Source: Octopus sinensis
Taxonomy: Eukaryota
NCBI RefSeq assembly: GCF_006345805.1
Contig: NC_043013.1
Location: 34,968,001 to 35,032,000, forward strand
Length of the DNA: 64,000 bases
Direction: 5' to 3'
Shown: positions 1 through 12,227 of the stretch, one piece after another
Position numbering within the stretch: position 1 is the stretch's first letter
Layout of the letters: every line of letters starts with the position of its first letter
Program-made: the position numbers and the translations under genes
Notes under the pieces: model-generated
Databases searched by the model: none
Told to the model about the DNA's origin: nothing
Seen by the model: only the letters and a program-made list of their open reading frames with translations

Positions 1-148
1 CAACTGACAAGCAAATCTGTGGTATTGAGCAGAATATTTGCTGTAGCCCATCTTTTTTACCAAGACAAAACAATGTACATGATAACACTTCCAATCAGTT
101 AAGATCAGAAGCCACGAGAATCACAGTGTGGTATTGTATCAGGGCATT
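1..148 (-). mobile_element. 5' part of a short (AAT)n-flanked interspersed element (same family as 3592-3997 and 23779-24010), cut off by the window edge
   Basis: The reverse complement (aatgccctgatacaatacc...ggcttctgatcttaactgattggaagtgttatcatgtac...gatgggctacagcaaatatt) aligns by eye with 23779-23930 and is preceded by (aat)n. Confidence 0.8.
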
Positions 149-520
149 TATTATTATTCTTGTTGTTGTTGTTATTGTTGTGTCAGTTCCAGGCAAGTCC
201 TGATCAAGTATACATATAGCCTGAATAGATGGATCCAAAATATCCACAACTTCATAAATTTTTAACATCTAGCTGACATTCTGGTAAGCTGTCACAATCC
301 AGAAGAGAAGGACATTATGCAACTGTTAGCCATTTGGTATATTCAGTCAGATGCCTCCTGTTGAGTTCATGTCCCAAAAAGTAGGAGCAGGTTTGTGAAA
401 ATTCAACCAGGGGTATTTACGGGTTAAGAACACAATGCACAGCTCACCCAGCAAATGAATTCATGATCTTATGATTGTGTGTCTAAGACTCTGACTGTTA
501 GGTTACACACCTGTGAGAGG

Positions 521-553
<33 letters not shown>

Positions 554-1096
554 AAGAATCTACTAGAGTGGATGCAAGTGCTAATATATGATTTATAAAA
601 TCATGTGACATATTAATAAAAATCTGTAAATATAAAACCATCCAGATTTCTGAGTACCTTATTTCTTTTAATATATGATATCTGTACATCGCCTCCAAAC
701 CTTCTAATATATATGTGTGTGTGTGTGTGTGTGTGCGTGTGTGTGTGTGTTACCATGTTTTATTGTATGTAAAATACCAGTGGAATAAAATTAACTGACT
801 GCAAAAACAAGCAAGGGTTAACAACAAGAAGGACATTTATTTAACTGTAGAATACTGCCAGAATGAGTTTTACTAAATCATGCTAGTATGGAAAATGAGA
901 GAAAAACAATGACAAATGAGGATGACGATGACAATGACGACGACAACGACAACAATGATAATGATGATGATGGTACTTGAGTGTGTGTGTGTGTGTGTGC
1001 ATTTCTTTATCACCATATATTTTCGTGGATATGCATGTGTGTGAAAGAGAGAAACAGAAACAGAAGAAGAAAATATAAATACATATGTGTGTATGC

Positions 1097-1136
<40 letters not shown>

Positions 1137-1626
1137 GTTTGTGCAAAATGCTAGCATCTAATGTTTCCTAAGATATTTACGCACAGACATGCTAGACCAA
1201 ATATCTCAAAACATTCATTTAAAAGCCCTTCAATTGCCTAGTGGTGGGTGGGAGGAGGAAGAGGAGGAGGCAAAGGAAAGGGGTAACCAAAAAAACAAAA
1301 CAAAACAAAAATAAACAGTTTTCTTTACAGATCAAATTAACAATACTATAATAGTAGTTTGAGTTTATCCAAGGATAAGTCTAATCTCATAAGCAGATGT
1401 TAGTTAAATGTTAAATGTAGCATCTTTCTGTGTTGTTTTATTATTTTTAAAAATTTGTGTTTTTTAGTTGGATTTAATATTATTCTTTATATAAGAATTT
1501 TGAAAGCATCATGAGCAATTTATCGCTCCATCAAGCGCTATTTCAACTGTGAAGAATTTTGGTGTCATCTTTGAGCTATCAATGAAACTAGCTTTAACAT
1601 GGAGACAAGTACGAATATATATATAT

Positions 1627-1658
<32 letters not shown>

Positions 1659-2009
1659 ATATATATATATATATACATGTAGACTTGTACATATGTTTGT
1701 GCTTGTTGTTCTTGTTCTTGATTTGTTTATCTTCAAATCATCCTTGATCAAGCAGACCTAAGATCAAAGGCTTTTATTTTTGAGCCATGACCAACCCATC
1801 TCGAAAGCCCTATTGTTTAATGTGCTTCTTTTCTCTCTAAGACCCCAGGGAGTTAAATTGAGGGAGATTTGTCTGATATTTCTAATAAGGCAACTGACTA
1901 TGTAGAGACAGCCTCATTCATTAATTAATAAAACAAATAGTATGATAGAGTGGAGGCTGCTGACCAGCTTGATGTTAACCTTTTCCTGTTTTCATATCAC
2001 AAAATGAGC

Positions 2010-2616
2010 TTAACCCTTTAGCATTCAAATTACTCAGACAAATGCAATAAACACCCGTCTGGTCATGAATGAGCATTGATTGCACCTAGAAAGTTCCCCA
2101 TTGCCCATTGAGGCAAATGAAGAGAAAGTAGCTAGAAAGTTCCCCTCTGAGGCACAAGTCTGGGCAAGGTTGTTAATAGAAAACCAGCAGTTACCGATAC
2201 ATATCAGCTTCACCTTTCCATGTCACTGATGTTATCCGAGGGAAAGGCAAAGGCCGATACAGCTTGGCACCAGTGACATCCCAACTCATTTCTGAATGAA
2301 CTGGAGCAACATGAAATAAAATGTCTTGCTCAGGGATACAACCTGGTCCAAGAATCGAACTCACTACAACATGATTGTGAATTTGATGCTCTAACCACTG
2401 AACAATGTGCCTTCAACAAAAATGTTATACTTATTTATTCACATTATTTTGAATTAATTTTGCATCATCTCATAGCTTCAAGATTTTGATTATGTTATCG
2501 CTTATTTTTAGAATGACGTTGTAGGATAGACGTGAGAGGTCAGATATGGCTAGTCTGAACATAAAACAGTCAAATATTTGGGCCCGATATGGCCAGTTTA
2601 AACACTAAAAAGTTAT
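2010..2616. mobile_element. piggyBac-like MITE (TTAA-CCCTTT terminus) interrupted by a SINE
   Basis: Left end is TTAA|CCCTTTAGCATT; right end is a degenerate ...gtttaaacactaaaaagttat. The body resumes after the SINE at about 2416. A reverse-complement partial copy lies at about 48275-48440. Confidence 0.6.
2055..2415 (-). mobile_element. tRNA-derived SINE, family D
   Basis: Minus-strand head has an A box (tcagtggttagagc) and a B box (gagttcgattc). The body matches the copy at 7483-7778. Confidence 0.8.
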
Positions 2617-2889
2617 ACCAGGTATATTTCATTTCACCTTTTCTAAGATGATACTTATTGTTGGCTGTGATTTCAGCCACATCTATGTTCCTCTTTAAAG
2701 CAAGACACCTATAGTTAGTCACTTACCATGCTGGAAATGGCAGTCAAATCTCCTTCAATTTAAGACTTAACATCATTAAATAAATAATGAAGGAAAATTA
2801 TGTGAGGTGGCTCTAGAAGTTTGAATAAAAGCTGAGATAGTCATGGCTAGAAGAGCTGCTGCTGCTATCATTGCTGCTGCTGCTATCAT

Positions 2890-2973
<84 letters not shown>

Positions 2974-2974
<1 letters not shown>

Positions 2975-3302
2975 CATCATCATCGTCATCGTTTAACGTC
3001 CGCTTTCCATGCTAGCATGGGTTGGACGGTTCAACTGGGGTCTGGGAAGCCCGAAGGCTGCACCAGGCCCAGTCAGATCTGGCAGTGTTTCTACAGCTGG
3101 ATGCCCTTCCTAACGCCAACCACTCCGTGAGTGTAGTGGGTGCTTTTTATGTGCCACCGACACAGGTGCCAGACGAGGCTGGCGAACGGCCACGCTCGGA
3201 TGGTGTTTTTTACATGCCACCAGCACTGAGGCCAGGTGAGGCTGGCAACAGCCACGATCGGATGGTGTTTGTTACATGCCACCAGCACGGAGGCCAGGCA
3301 CC
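2974..3302 (-). mobile_element. Short retroposon with an RTE-type 3' tail (family C) and internal tandem subrepeats
   Basis: On the minus strand it ends ...gttggcgttaggaagggcatccagctgtagaaac...ccatgctagcatggaaagcggacgttaaacgatgatg. At least six further copies are in the window. Confidence 0.75.
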
Positions 3303-3341
3303 AATAATAATAACAATAATAATAATAATAATAATAATAAT

Positions 3342-3552
3342 GGTTTCAAATTTTGCCACAAGGGCAGCAATTTTGGGGAAAGGATGAGTCAATTACATCG
3401 ACCCCCCTCCCCCGCAACAGTGTGTAACTGGTACTTATTTAATTGACTCTGAAAAGATGAAAGGGACAGTTTGAACTCAGAATGTAGCAACGGGCAAAAT
3501 ACTGCTAAGCATTTCACCTGGCATGCTAATGATTCTGTCAGCTCGCCACCTT
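3342..3552 (-). mobile_element. tRNA-related SINE, family B, flanked by (TAA)n
   Basis: Minus strand reads aaggtggcgagctgacagaatcattagc...ttctgagttcaaac... and matches copies at 31905, 43025, 44274, 48730 and 57735-58410. Confidence 0.8.
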
Positions 3553-3591
3553 AATAATAATAATAATGATAATAATGATAATAATAATAAT

Positions 3592-3997
3592 GACCTTAAC
3601 CAGTTGACCATATATCTTAGTGGCTGACATTATGTGCATCTCTGACCACAAGCAGAAGTAGTGGGGGAACATCATGGCTGTGTGTTGAAAGGAATTCTTG
3701 GAGGTTTGGATAATTCAGCTTTGGAAACATGGGTGGTTTGTTCAACATCCTTAAACAATCCTTATTCGGGGACCTTTTGAGCGGGATGGGCTACTCGACC
3801 TGAAGAAAATTCTAACTGGGCCCCACCTGCAAGATCATGTGCTAATTATCTTGATATGAGATCCCCATGTTGCACACGCATGGTTCTGATGCATGTGCCT
3901 GGTGTACCCTTATCAGACGGGTAGTCATGATGTGTATACTGGGCTTCATATGTTTTATCCCAGTGTCACTTTGATGGCCTGCACTGTTCTCTCACTC
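3592..3997 (+). mobile_element. 3' part of the short (AAT)n-tailed element (family of 1-148 and 23779-24010)
   Basis: Its start (gaccttaaccagttg...catctctgaccacaagcagaagtagtggggg) overlaps the end of the 23779-24010 copy. It ends ctctcactc followed by (aat)n. Confidence 0.7.
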
Positions 3998-4032
<35 letters not shown>

Positions 4033-4035
4033 TAA

Positions 4036-4254
4036 CATACTACGCAAAATACTTTCTTTGTAATCTCAAGTTTTAAAACAAACATAATTTTCATATGGTT
4101 TTTTAGGCATTCACTAGTACAGCACTAAGTACAAAACCAAATATATGGCACCCTAGGCATAACACCAACATGAACTTCCAACTTGTTGTCTCTTGAAGTC
4201 TCTGGGTGAGACTTGGAGCCAGCATGTGCAAATGTAAAGCAAAAGTCAAACATA

Positions 4255-4255
<1 letters not shown>
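4036..4255 (+). mobile_element. Severely 5'-truncated R4/Dong-like non-LTR retrotransposon (last codons plus 3' UTR)
   Basis: Aligns by eye with 5025-5256 (catactacgcaaaatact...ctctgggtgagacttggagcc...aaagcaaaagtcaaa) and has (AAT)n on both sides. Confidence 0.85.
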
Positions 4256-4317
<62 letters not shown>

Positions 4318-4320
<3 letters not shown>

Positions 4321-5053
4321 CCAAAGAGAGCGAATAATGCAGATATTGACAAAGCCCTGACCCATCAATGGCTAATGGCCTCTGGCTTAAAATCTGAAAC
4401 AGAAGGGTTTATCATAGCAGCTCAAGATCAATGCCTACCAACAAAAAACTACCAGGCCAACATATTAAAGAACGGCAGTAGCCCAACATGTCGTGTATGT
4501 TGACAACAAAATGAAACCATTGATCATGTTGTCTCCAAATGCAGTCTTCTAGCGCCTACAGAGTACCTCAACAGCCATGATAGAGCTGCACAATATATTC
4601 ACTGGGTAATTTGCAAAAACTTAGATTTGCCCCATGAAAAAAACTGGTGGGAACAATCCACCTCCAGTGCTTGAAAATGACCACATCTCACTCCTCTGGA
4701 ACTTCACCATTCAAACTGACAGAAAGATAGATGCAAATAGGCCAGACATCATATTGAAAGACTTCAAACAAGGAACATGCCTCCTCATTGATATGACTGT
4801 CCCAATCGATATAAACGTATCTGTCAAGACCTACCAAAAACTGAGCAAGTATAAAGATCTTGAAATAGAAATCAGCAAAATGTGGAAGCTGAAGACTAAA
4901 ACAATACCTGTTGTCATAGGTGCCCTGGGAATGATAGCGAAAGGGGCTGATTGCTACCTAACTCAGATACCAGGAAACCCCAAAATGGCAGAAATTCAAA
5001 AGATAGTGCTGATGGGAACTGCTCATATCCTACGCAAAATACTCTCTATGTAA
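4318..5053 (+). pseudogene. C-terminal ORF remnant: CCHC zinc knuckle plus restriction-like (PD-D/ExK) endonuclease
   Basis: Reads GLKSETEGFIIAAQDQ...CRVC*QQNETIDHVVSKC (CCHC, stop at 4501-4503), has a frameshift near 4650, then NRPDIILKDFKQGTCLLIDMTVP...KLSKYKDL (RLE motif), and stops at 5051-5053. Confidence 0.9.
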
Positions 5054-5256
5054 TCCCAAGGTTTAAAACCAACTTTTTTTCTTTTTTTTTTTAATTTATG
5101 TACTAGACATTCACTAGTACAACACCAAAAAAAATAAACCCAAATATATGGCACACTAGGCATAACAACAACGTGAACTTCAAACCTGTTGTCTCTTGAG
5201 GTCTCTGGGTGAGACTTGGAGCCAACTTGTACAGACATAAAGCAAAAGTCAAACAG
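4318..5256 (+). mobile_element. 5'-truncated R4-clade (Dong/Rex6-like) non-LTR retrotransposon in (TAA)n
   Basis: ORF remnant plus 3' UTR, with (AAT)n on both sides. Dong-type elements are known to target TAA repeats. Confidence 0.85.
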
Positions 5257-6125
5257 AATAATAATAATAATAACAACAACAACAAGGATCTCTAATAGTT
5301 CTGATAAAATATTACCTGATTTCTCCTTAATCAGAAAATAAAAATTAGAATTGATGATATCTGATTTGGTTTGTCTTAATTCATTACCAAAGTATCAGCT
5401 GTAGCCACCACCACCACCACCACCACCACAGGCATCACAAATACCAAATATCACTGCTACCGCCACTATTATAATATTAGTACTACTGTGATCAAAATCA
5501 CAACTACCACTGTCATCACTACCACCACCACCACCACCACCACCGTCACAGATAGCAGGTACACTAACACAAACACCAAACCACCAACACTCCCTCTATT
5601 ACCAGCACCATAGCCACTGACTATTCCTTAGACTCTTAATGATAAATCATCACCCTAATTGACAAGTTTATTAATTAGAATAGCAATGATGAGAGTGGCA
5701 ACAATGGTTGAGGTGGCAGTAATAATAGTGTCAGTGGTGGTGGTGGTGGCGGCGGTAATGGTAATGGCATGGTTGGTGGTAGCGATAAGGGTTGAAGGTA
5801 ATGTTAACAACGGTAGTAATAGTGAGAGCTACATTGGTGGTGGCAGCGGTGGTGGCGATGGTGGTGGTGGTGGTGGTGGTGGTGGTGGTGGTGGTGGTAG
5901 TGGTGTAAAAAACAAACAATATAGCTTCTATAATTACTACATCAATTAAGCTGAAAATGTTGACAGACAACCCCCAACCCCCACCCCCACCCCCACCGCC
6001 TCACTGATAAAGGTAACGAAACAAAAACAAGACTAATTGTTAAACAAGAAACTACCTATACAATGAAAGGAGTGAAAATGAAAACAAACAAATATAAAAA
6101 TATATATGTATATATACATATATAT

Positions 6126-7075
6126 CCTTGGTTTTGTGTTTATGTTTTCATTTCTCATTGTGTTCGACGTTTTTTTGGTGTCCTGTACCCATATATGCGT
6201 GTATATATACATGTAGAGGTAGGTACGTACATATATGTATGTATATATGCATATGTTTTATTTATTAATTTATTATATGACGGAACGCACGCATCCATTT
6301 CTAAGTATGATTGTTCTTGATATTAATAATGATGCGCACTCTTGACCTTTCTGTCCCCTCCCTTTCTCAGCCTTCATTCTTTCTGGTTTCCTTTTCTTCT
6401 ACCTTACTGTCTCTCCGTCTCTCTCATTCTTCATTCTTTCTGGTTTCCTCACAACCATTCCCTTTTTCTCTCTCCCTTCCTCTTGCCTCTCCTCCTCCCT
6501 TCCTCCCGTCGTTGACCCGCGACAAGAGCTCTGCTACTGTCTTTCTGGCCTGACTTCCTTGAAGTGTGGACGGCATTTTCTGTTGCTCCTTCGCCGTTCT
6601 CAAAAATAGCATTGGTAATACTCTTTCTCGTTCAGCTTAACAGCCCTTCTTGTCTTGTTATTCTCCTTGTCCTGTCTTTTACTGTTTATATTTTGTACTG
6701 TCGTTACTGTCCTGTTTTTGTTACCATTTTTACCCCTCCGCAAAAAGATCTCAAATTTTATTTAATTTGCTTTTCGTGGGAAGGAAAGTTTCTATTAAAG
6801 ATGCGTATCGCCTTCACCTTCGAAATGCAGAGTAGATGAAACCATGGCGACTGAAGAAGGGGAATTTTCCTTGTGTTATTTGTCCTGTACTCTATTTTTT
6901 CGTTGTAGAAAAAAAAAGTCCAGTTCCTTGGTTTTGTATTTATGTTTTCGTTTCTCATTGTGTTCAACGTTTTTTTTGAGTCCTGTACCCATATATGTGT
7001 GTATATATACATGTAGAGGTAAGTACGTACATATATGTATGTATATGCATATGTTTTTTATTAATTTATTATATA
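6126..7075 (+). mobile_element. Element with ~150-bp direct terminal repeats (6126-6278 and 6926-7075); Penelope-like pseudo-LTR structure suspected
   Basis: Near-identical ccttggttttgt...cctgtacccatatatg...catgtagaggta.gtacgtacatatatgtatg repeats lie 800 bp apart. There is no TG...CA LTR signature. Confidence 0.55.
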
Positions 7076-7242
7076 TATGTGTATATATATATATATATAT
7101 ACACACACACATATATATACATAATATATACCACACACACACACACACACATATATATTAATATATATATACATATATATATATATACACACACACACAT
7201 ATATATATACACATATATATATACACACACACACATATATAT

Positions 7243-7395
7243 AGGGAGAGTTTACGAAAAAAACAAAAGACGAAGACAGATGGTGTACTAACAAACAGAT
7301 GTATTAGTATAACACTCAGGAATAGTAAAAGTCTTTTACGTTTCGAGCCTACGCTCTTCTACAGAAAGGGACACAGAAAAAACAAGGAGAAAAAC
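7243..7395 (-). mobile_element. Short (TA)n-embedded element carrying a hammerhead-like motif (family E)
   Basis: Reverse-complement match to 30915-31095. Motif: cttt CTGTAGA a gagc gtag gctc GAAAC GTA aaag. Confidence 0.75.
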
Positions 7396-7442
7396 CTTGC
7401 TGGTCAGGCATCTGCAGACATGTTTCAGGATATTTGCCCTTT

Positions 7443-7480
<38 letters not shown>

Positions 7481-7482
7481 AT

Positions 7483-7778
7483 AAAGGCTCTCTTCAGTCA
7501 TGAATGACCATGGGATTGCTCCTAGAAAATTCCCATCCTTGGCACAAGTCCAGACAAAGCTATTTATGGATGACCAGCAGTCACCTATGCATACCAGCTT
7601 CCCTTCCCCATGCCACTGATGTTATCCAAGTGAAAGGTAAAGGCTGAAACAGCTTGGCACCAGTGATGTTGCAACTCATTTCATAACTCAAGCACATCAC
7701 ACACTGCCTGGGCCAGGTGTTGAACTCACTACCTCATGGTTGTGAGCCTGATGCTCTAACCACTGAGCCATGCACTTT
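7483..7778 (-). mobile_element. tRNA-derived SINE, family D
   Basis: Head reads gtgcatggctcagtggttagagcatcagg...gagttcaac; the body matches 2055-2415. Confidence 0.8.
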
Positions 7779-8179
7779 TATGTTGCTATATAGTCAACAT
7801 TATTTTTGATGTACACAAATATATACAGATATGCATTTGGTAGCCTTGAACAGAATGAAACATGTGGCCATTTGTAGCAAATCATATACATTTCAATTTA
7901 ATACTTAATACTCATACGCCTCCGTGAATAGATAATATGGAAACAGGGAAGACTGAGCGGTCAAGAGGGCTATTTTTCAAGCAAGAGGTCTCTGGTTCAA
8001 ATCAATTGTATGACATCTTGGGCATGAATCTCTTAATATAGTTTCAGGTTGACTAATGCCTTGACAAACATTGTCACACAGATCACACAGATATAAGAAG
8101 ATAGGAGGTGGATGGTGATGGTCGTGGTCGTGGTTGAGGTGTTGGTGGTTGTGGTTATAGTCATGGCAGTTGTAGGAAT

Positions 8180-8515
8180 GGTAATAATGATGATGTGATT
8201 GATGATGATGATGATGGTGGTGGTCATGATGATGATGATGATGAGGATTGTTATAATGATGATGATGATGACAGCAATCAAGATGATGACGACGGTCAAG
8301 ATGATGATGATGATGATGATGCTGTGAAGGTGATGACGATGGCAGTGATGATGATGGTAGTTATGAGGATGATGGTGATGATGATGAGGAGGAGAGGAGG
8401 AGACGGATGATGATGATGATGATGATGGTAACGATGATGGTGATGACAGTTATGACGATGATGATGACGATGATGATGATGACGATGATGATGACGATGA
8501 TGATGATGACGATGG

Positions 8516-8550
<35 letters not shown>
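8180..8550. repeat. (ATG)n-type imperfect microsatellite
   Basis: Seen directly; explains the poly-D/M/H/I ORFs. Confidence 0.95.
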
Positions 8551-8555
<5 letters not shown>

Positions 8556-8699
8556 ACAATATAAACATTAAAGAGCCATAACAAATGGCAATCAAAGAAG
8601 CACATGAAGTGAAGAATCAATCATCAAAAGTAAACAACAGATATTTATGTAGCTAATGAGGAAGGCTCTGTGCTTGACCTGCCAGAAATAGCAGTCAAA

Positions 8700-9160
8700 T
8701 ATGTGTGTATGCAAGCACAAACACTCACACACATACATACACACAAACACATGGAGATACACACACACATACACATAAACACATAAACACATGCAAATAC
8801 ACACACATACACCTAAACACATGCAAATACACACACATACATGCAAATACATACACATACACACAAGCAGAATCAAATAAACACACATACACACAAACAT
8901 GTGCAAATACGCACACATACATACACGCAAACACACGCAAATACACACAGACACATGCAAATACACGCAAACACACGCAAATACACATGCGCATATATAC
9001 ACACACACACACACACAAAGAGATGCAAATACACACACTCATACACACACACACACACAGATGCAAATACACACACACACACACACATACACAAACACAT
9101 GTGGAAATACACACATGAAAGCACATGCAAACACACACACACACACACACATATATTAGT
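8700..9160. repeat. Complex CA-rich minisatellite (acacacatgcaaat-type unit)
   Basis: Seen directly. Confidence 0.9.
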
Positions 9161-9479
9161 AACATTTGAAACTTTTTATGTTCACTTGCCACCGAAAGAG
9201 AGAAAACTATTCTTTGTCATCCAATGAGAGACAAACAGAGAGTAAGAACGTGAAATGGCAGAGAGAGTGATAGCTAGGCTGCAGAGAAAGAGTGTTTGAG
9301 AGAGAGGGAGAGAGAGAGTGAGAGGGAAAGTATAAGGGAGAGAGAAGTGAGATTTTTGGGTATTGGCAAAACAAGGGATTGGTAAAATTGGTTGCTTCAG
9401 GAATTTTTCATCCAGAAGCCAATCATTGCAATACACCTGGCCATTCCATCCATCTAGTTATGTCTGTCTGACTATCTGT

Positions 9480-9494
9480 CTTTCTGTCTACCTT

Positions 9495-9548
<54 letters not shown>

Positions 9549-9550
9549 AT

Positions 9551-9582
<32 letters not shown>

Positions 9583-9645
9583 CCTATCTATCTACCTATC
9601 TATCTCTCTGTCTGTCTATCTGTCTATCTGTCTTTCTGTCTATCC

Positions 9646-9698
<53 letters not shown>

Positions 9699-9749
9699 CC
9701 TATCTATCTCTCTGTCTGTCTATCTGTCTATCTGTCTTTCTGTCTATCC

Positions 9750-9805
<56 letters not shown>

Positions 9806-9847
9806 GTCTATCTATCTGTCTGCTTGTCTGTGTCTGTCTGTCTGGCA

Positions 9848-9880
<33 letters not shown>

Positions 9881-9900
9881 ATATATATATATAACTAGAT

Positions 9901-9950
<50 letters not shown>

Positions 9951-9968
9951 CATACACACTCACACACA

Positions 9969-10055
<87 letters not shown>
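9480..10055. repeat. (TATC)n followed by (CT)n, (TA)n and (CA)n compound microsatellite
   Basis: Seen directly; explains the 270-aa SIYL-repeat ORF. Confidence 0.95.
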
Positions 10056-10057
<2 letters not shown>

Positions 10058-10119
10058 AGAACAAAGTGTATGTATACCACTATATATATATATATATAAA
10101 ATACAAAAAGGGACGACAA

Positions 10120-11220
10120 AACATCCAGACAGACGATACAAAGAAAACAATGACGGGTCATTCGGAGTTTGCTAACTTCAGTCAAGAACCAGATTAGCCT
10201 CGCAATTTCAGCTGATTATTCTTGAGATTGCTCCAATCTGGCCAGCCCCAAGGAAAAACTAAGCTAAGAGCATTAGATTCCTTGGAAGAAAGCAGCGAAT
10301 GTATACAAAAACAAGGACAGATAAAACGGACAAAGTTACACAAATATAAATACACAAAAAACAATAACAAGACATAACAACATAACAACAGGTGTCTTTC
10401 GACTAAGGACAAATTGAATGAAGCTGGTGCGTGTGGAAATGAAGCCTTACGGCAGAGATACGAGATTTTCACAAACACAGAGAGGAGTATTGATGTTGCA
10501 TGGACCATGGTCAGACCTAGAAAGAAAGAGCGAGCAATTTGGCTGATCGGTCACGTGGGAAGAGAAGAGAGAGAAGTAGAAGCAGATGGACAGAAGAATT
10601 AAGGAGGGGCGAGAAAAAATGACAGAGACACAGTGAAGTGAAAAGCGGAGGGGAAAGTGAGTAAGAAGAGAAGGCAAAGAAATGTGAGAGAGGGGGAAAC
10701 GAAAGAACGAAGAGTGGAATGAATGAATAAGCATGAAAAGGTTGATAGAAATAGAAATAGAATCATACAAGATTTTGTAAAATGTGTACTTACATATGTA
10801 AGTACATATGTAAATACAACGCTTATGACACAAAGGCAGACAAGAGAAACAACAATTAGGACGACAGGCCAAAGAGACGGGTCATTCTTGGCTTTCTTTC
10901 TTCAGTCAAGTACCAGAAGTCACGACCATTTTGGACAGTTACACTTGAGATGGTTCAATTGAGTAGTCCCTAAAAACGTCTAATCTAAGAGCTTAAAACA
11001 TCTTTGTAAGAAAGCTAGAAAATGTGTACGATAACAAAGACAAAAAAAAAACGGAGAACATAGTACAGAATTACAAATACAAACAACAAGAAATAACAAC
11101 AGGTGTCTTTTGATTAAGAGCAATTCAAATTGAGCTGGCGTGTATGGAGTGAAAGCCTAAAGGAAGGAACATGGGAGATTGACACAAGCTGTGTTGATGG
11201 TTGGCAGTCAGGCCACGAAA
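10120..11220 (-). mobile_element. Two diverged tandem copies of a ~400-bp unit (about 10120-10560 and 10860-11220), Penelope-like end suspected
   Basis: Both copies share acgggtcatt...cttcagtcaag.accaga, ctaagagc, and aataacaacaggtgtcttt.gactaag/gattaag. Confidence 0.5.
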
Positions 11221-11258
11221 GAAATATACATACATACATACATATATATATATATATA

Positions 11259-11500
11259 TGAATTTTTTGTGTAATGAGATAAAAAAACCAAGGCTGTATA
11301 GATATTAGAGCATTTATAGATAGACGGTCTTACAGCTGTTTCTAGAATATTAATTAATATTAATTATTAATTTTAATTAATAATTTTTATTATTTTTATT
11401 AAAATTAATATTCTTGAAACAGGTGTAAGACCTTCTATCTATAAATGCTCTAATATCGATACAGCTTGGTTTTATTATCTCATTACACAAAAAATTCATA
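11259..11500. mobile_element. Foldback MITE with ~110-bp TIRs in a TA context
   Basis: gaattttttgtgtaatgagataaaa...tagagcatttatagataga.ggtcttaca is the reverse complement of the right arm ending ctcattacacaaaaaattc; the spacer is AT-only. Confidence 0.85.
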
Positions 11501-11631
11501 TATACACACGCTGACATAGAACCAACGTAGAACCCTTTAATCGGAATATTACCGAATCTGGAACATAACTATGGTCTGTCTATAGCACTTATTCAGCATT
11601 ACCTGACAGCTTTGGGTCTCAATGACACCAT

Positions 11632-11676
<45 letters not shown>

Positions 11677-12182
11677 TATAAAAATATACATATATGTATA
11701 TTGTCTAATAATTCATCTTTCTCTATTAACTAGCATGTTTATTATCATTCATCAAAGAACAACGGTGGTTGCACAGCTTATCTATACAACAACAACAACA
11801 ATAACAATCATAACAATAGATTCTATCACACAACCAAACAGTAGTGCTACCACAACCACAACCCTAGTAACAACTAACAACAATGAGCCAATGAGTAGAA
11901 GATGTTTCTAGCTAAATCATCAAGGGAGCATCTATGCGGTCACTTGATATGCTACATATAACAGTCAAATCTCCCTCAAATCATTCCTTAAATTGTGAAA
12001 CATTGAATAATGTGATCCTGGGTTTTCTACAGAAAAGAGAAACTATGGAATGGTCATAGCTGGAATGCCTTTGATCAATGTGGGTCTGCATGACCTGGTT
12101 TGCTTTGGTCTTAAACAATATTTTCTTAAGTTCTACAATTTCTAACACAGAATTTGGGGAAAATGCATGAGTGAGTGCATGC

Positions 12183-12222
<40 letters not shown>

Positions 12223-12227
12223 TGTGT

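Noticed and set aside
6845-6880. CTGAAGA followed by a small hairpin as a hammerhead
   Set aside because: No downstream GAAA and UH; counted only as context for the direct-repeat element.
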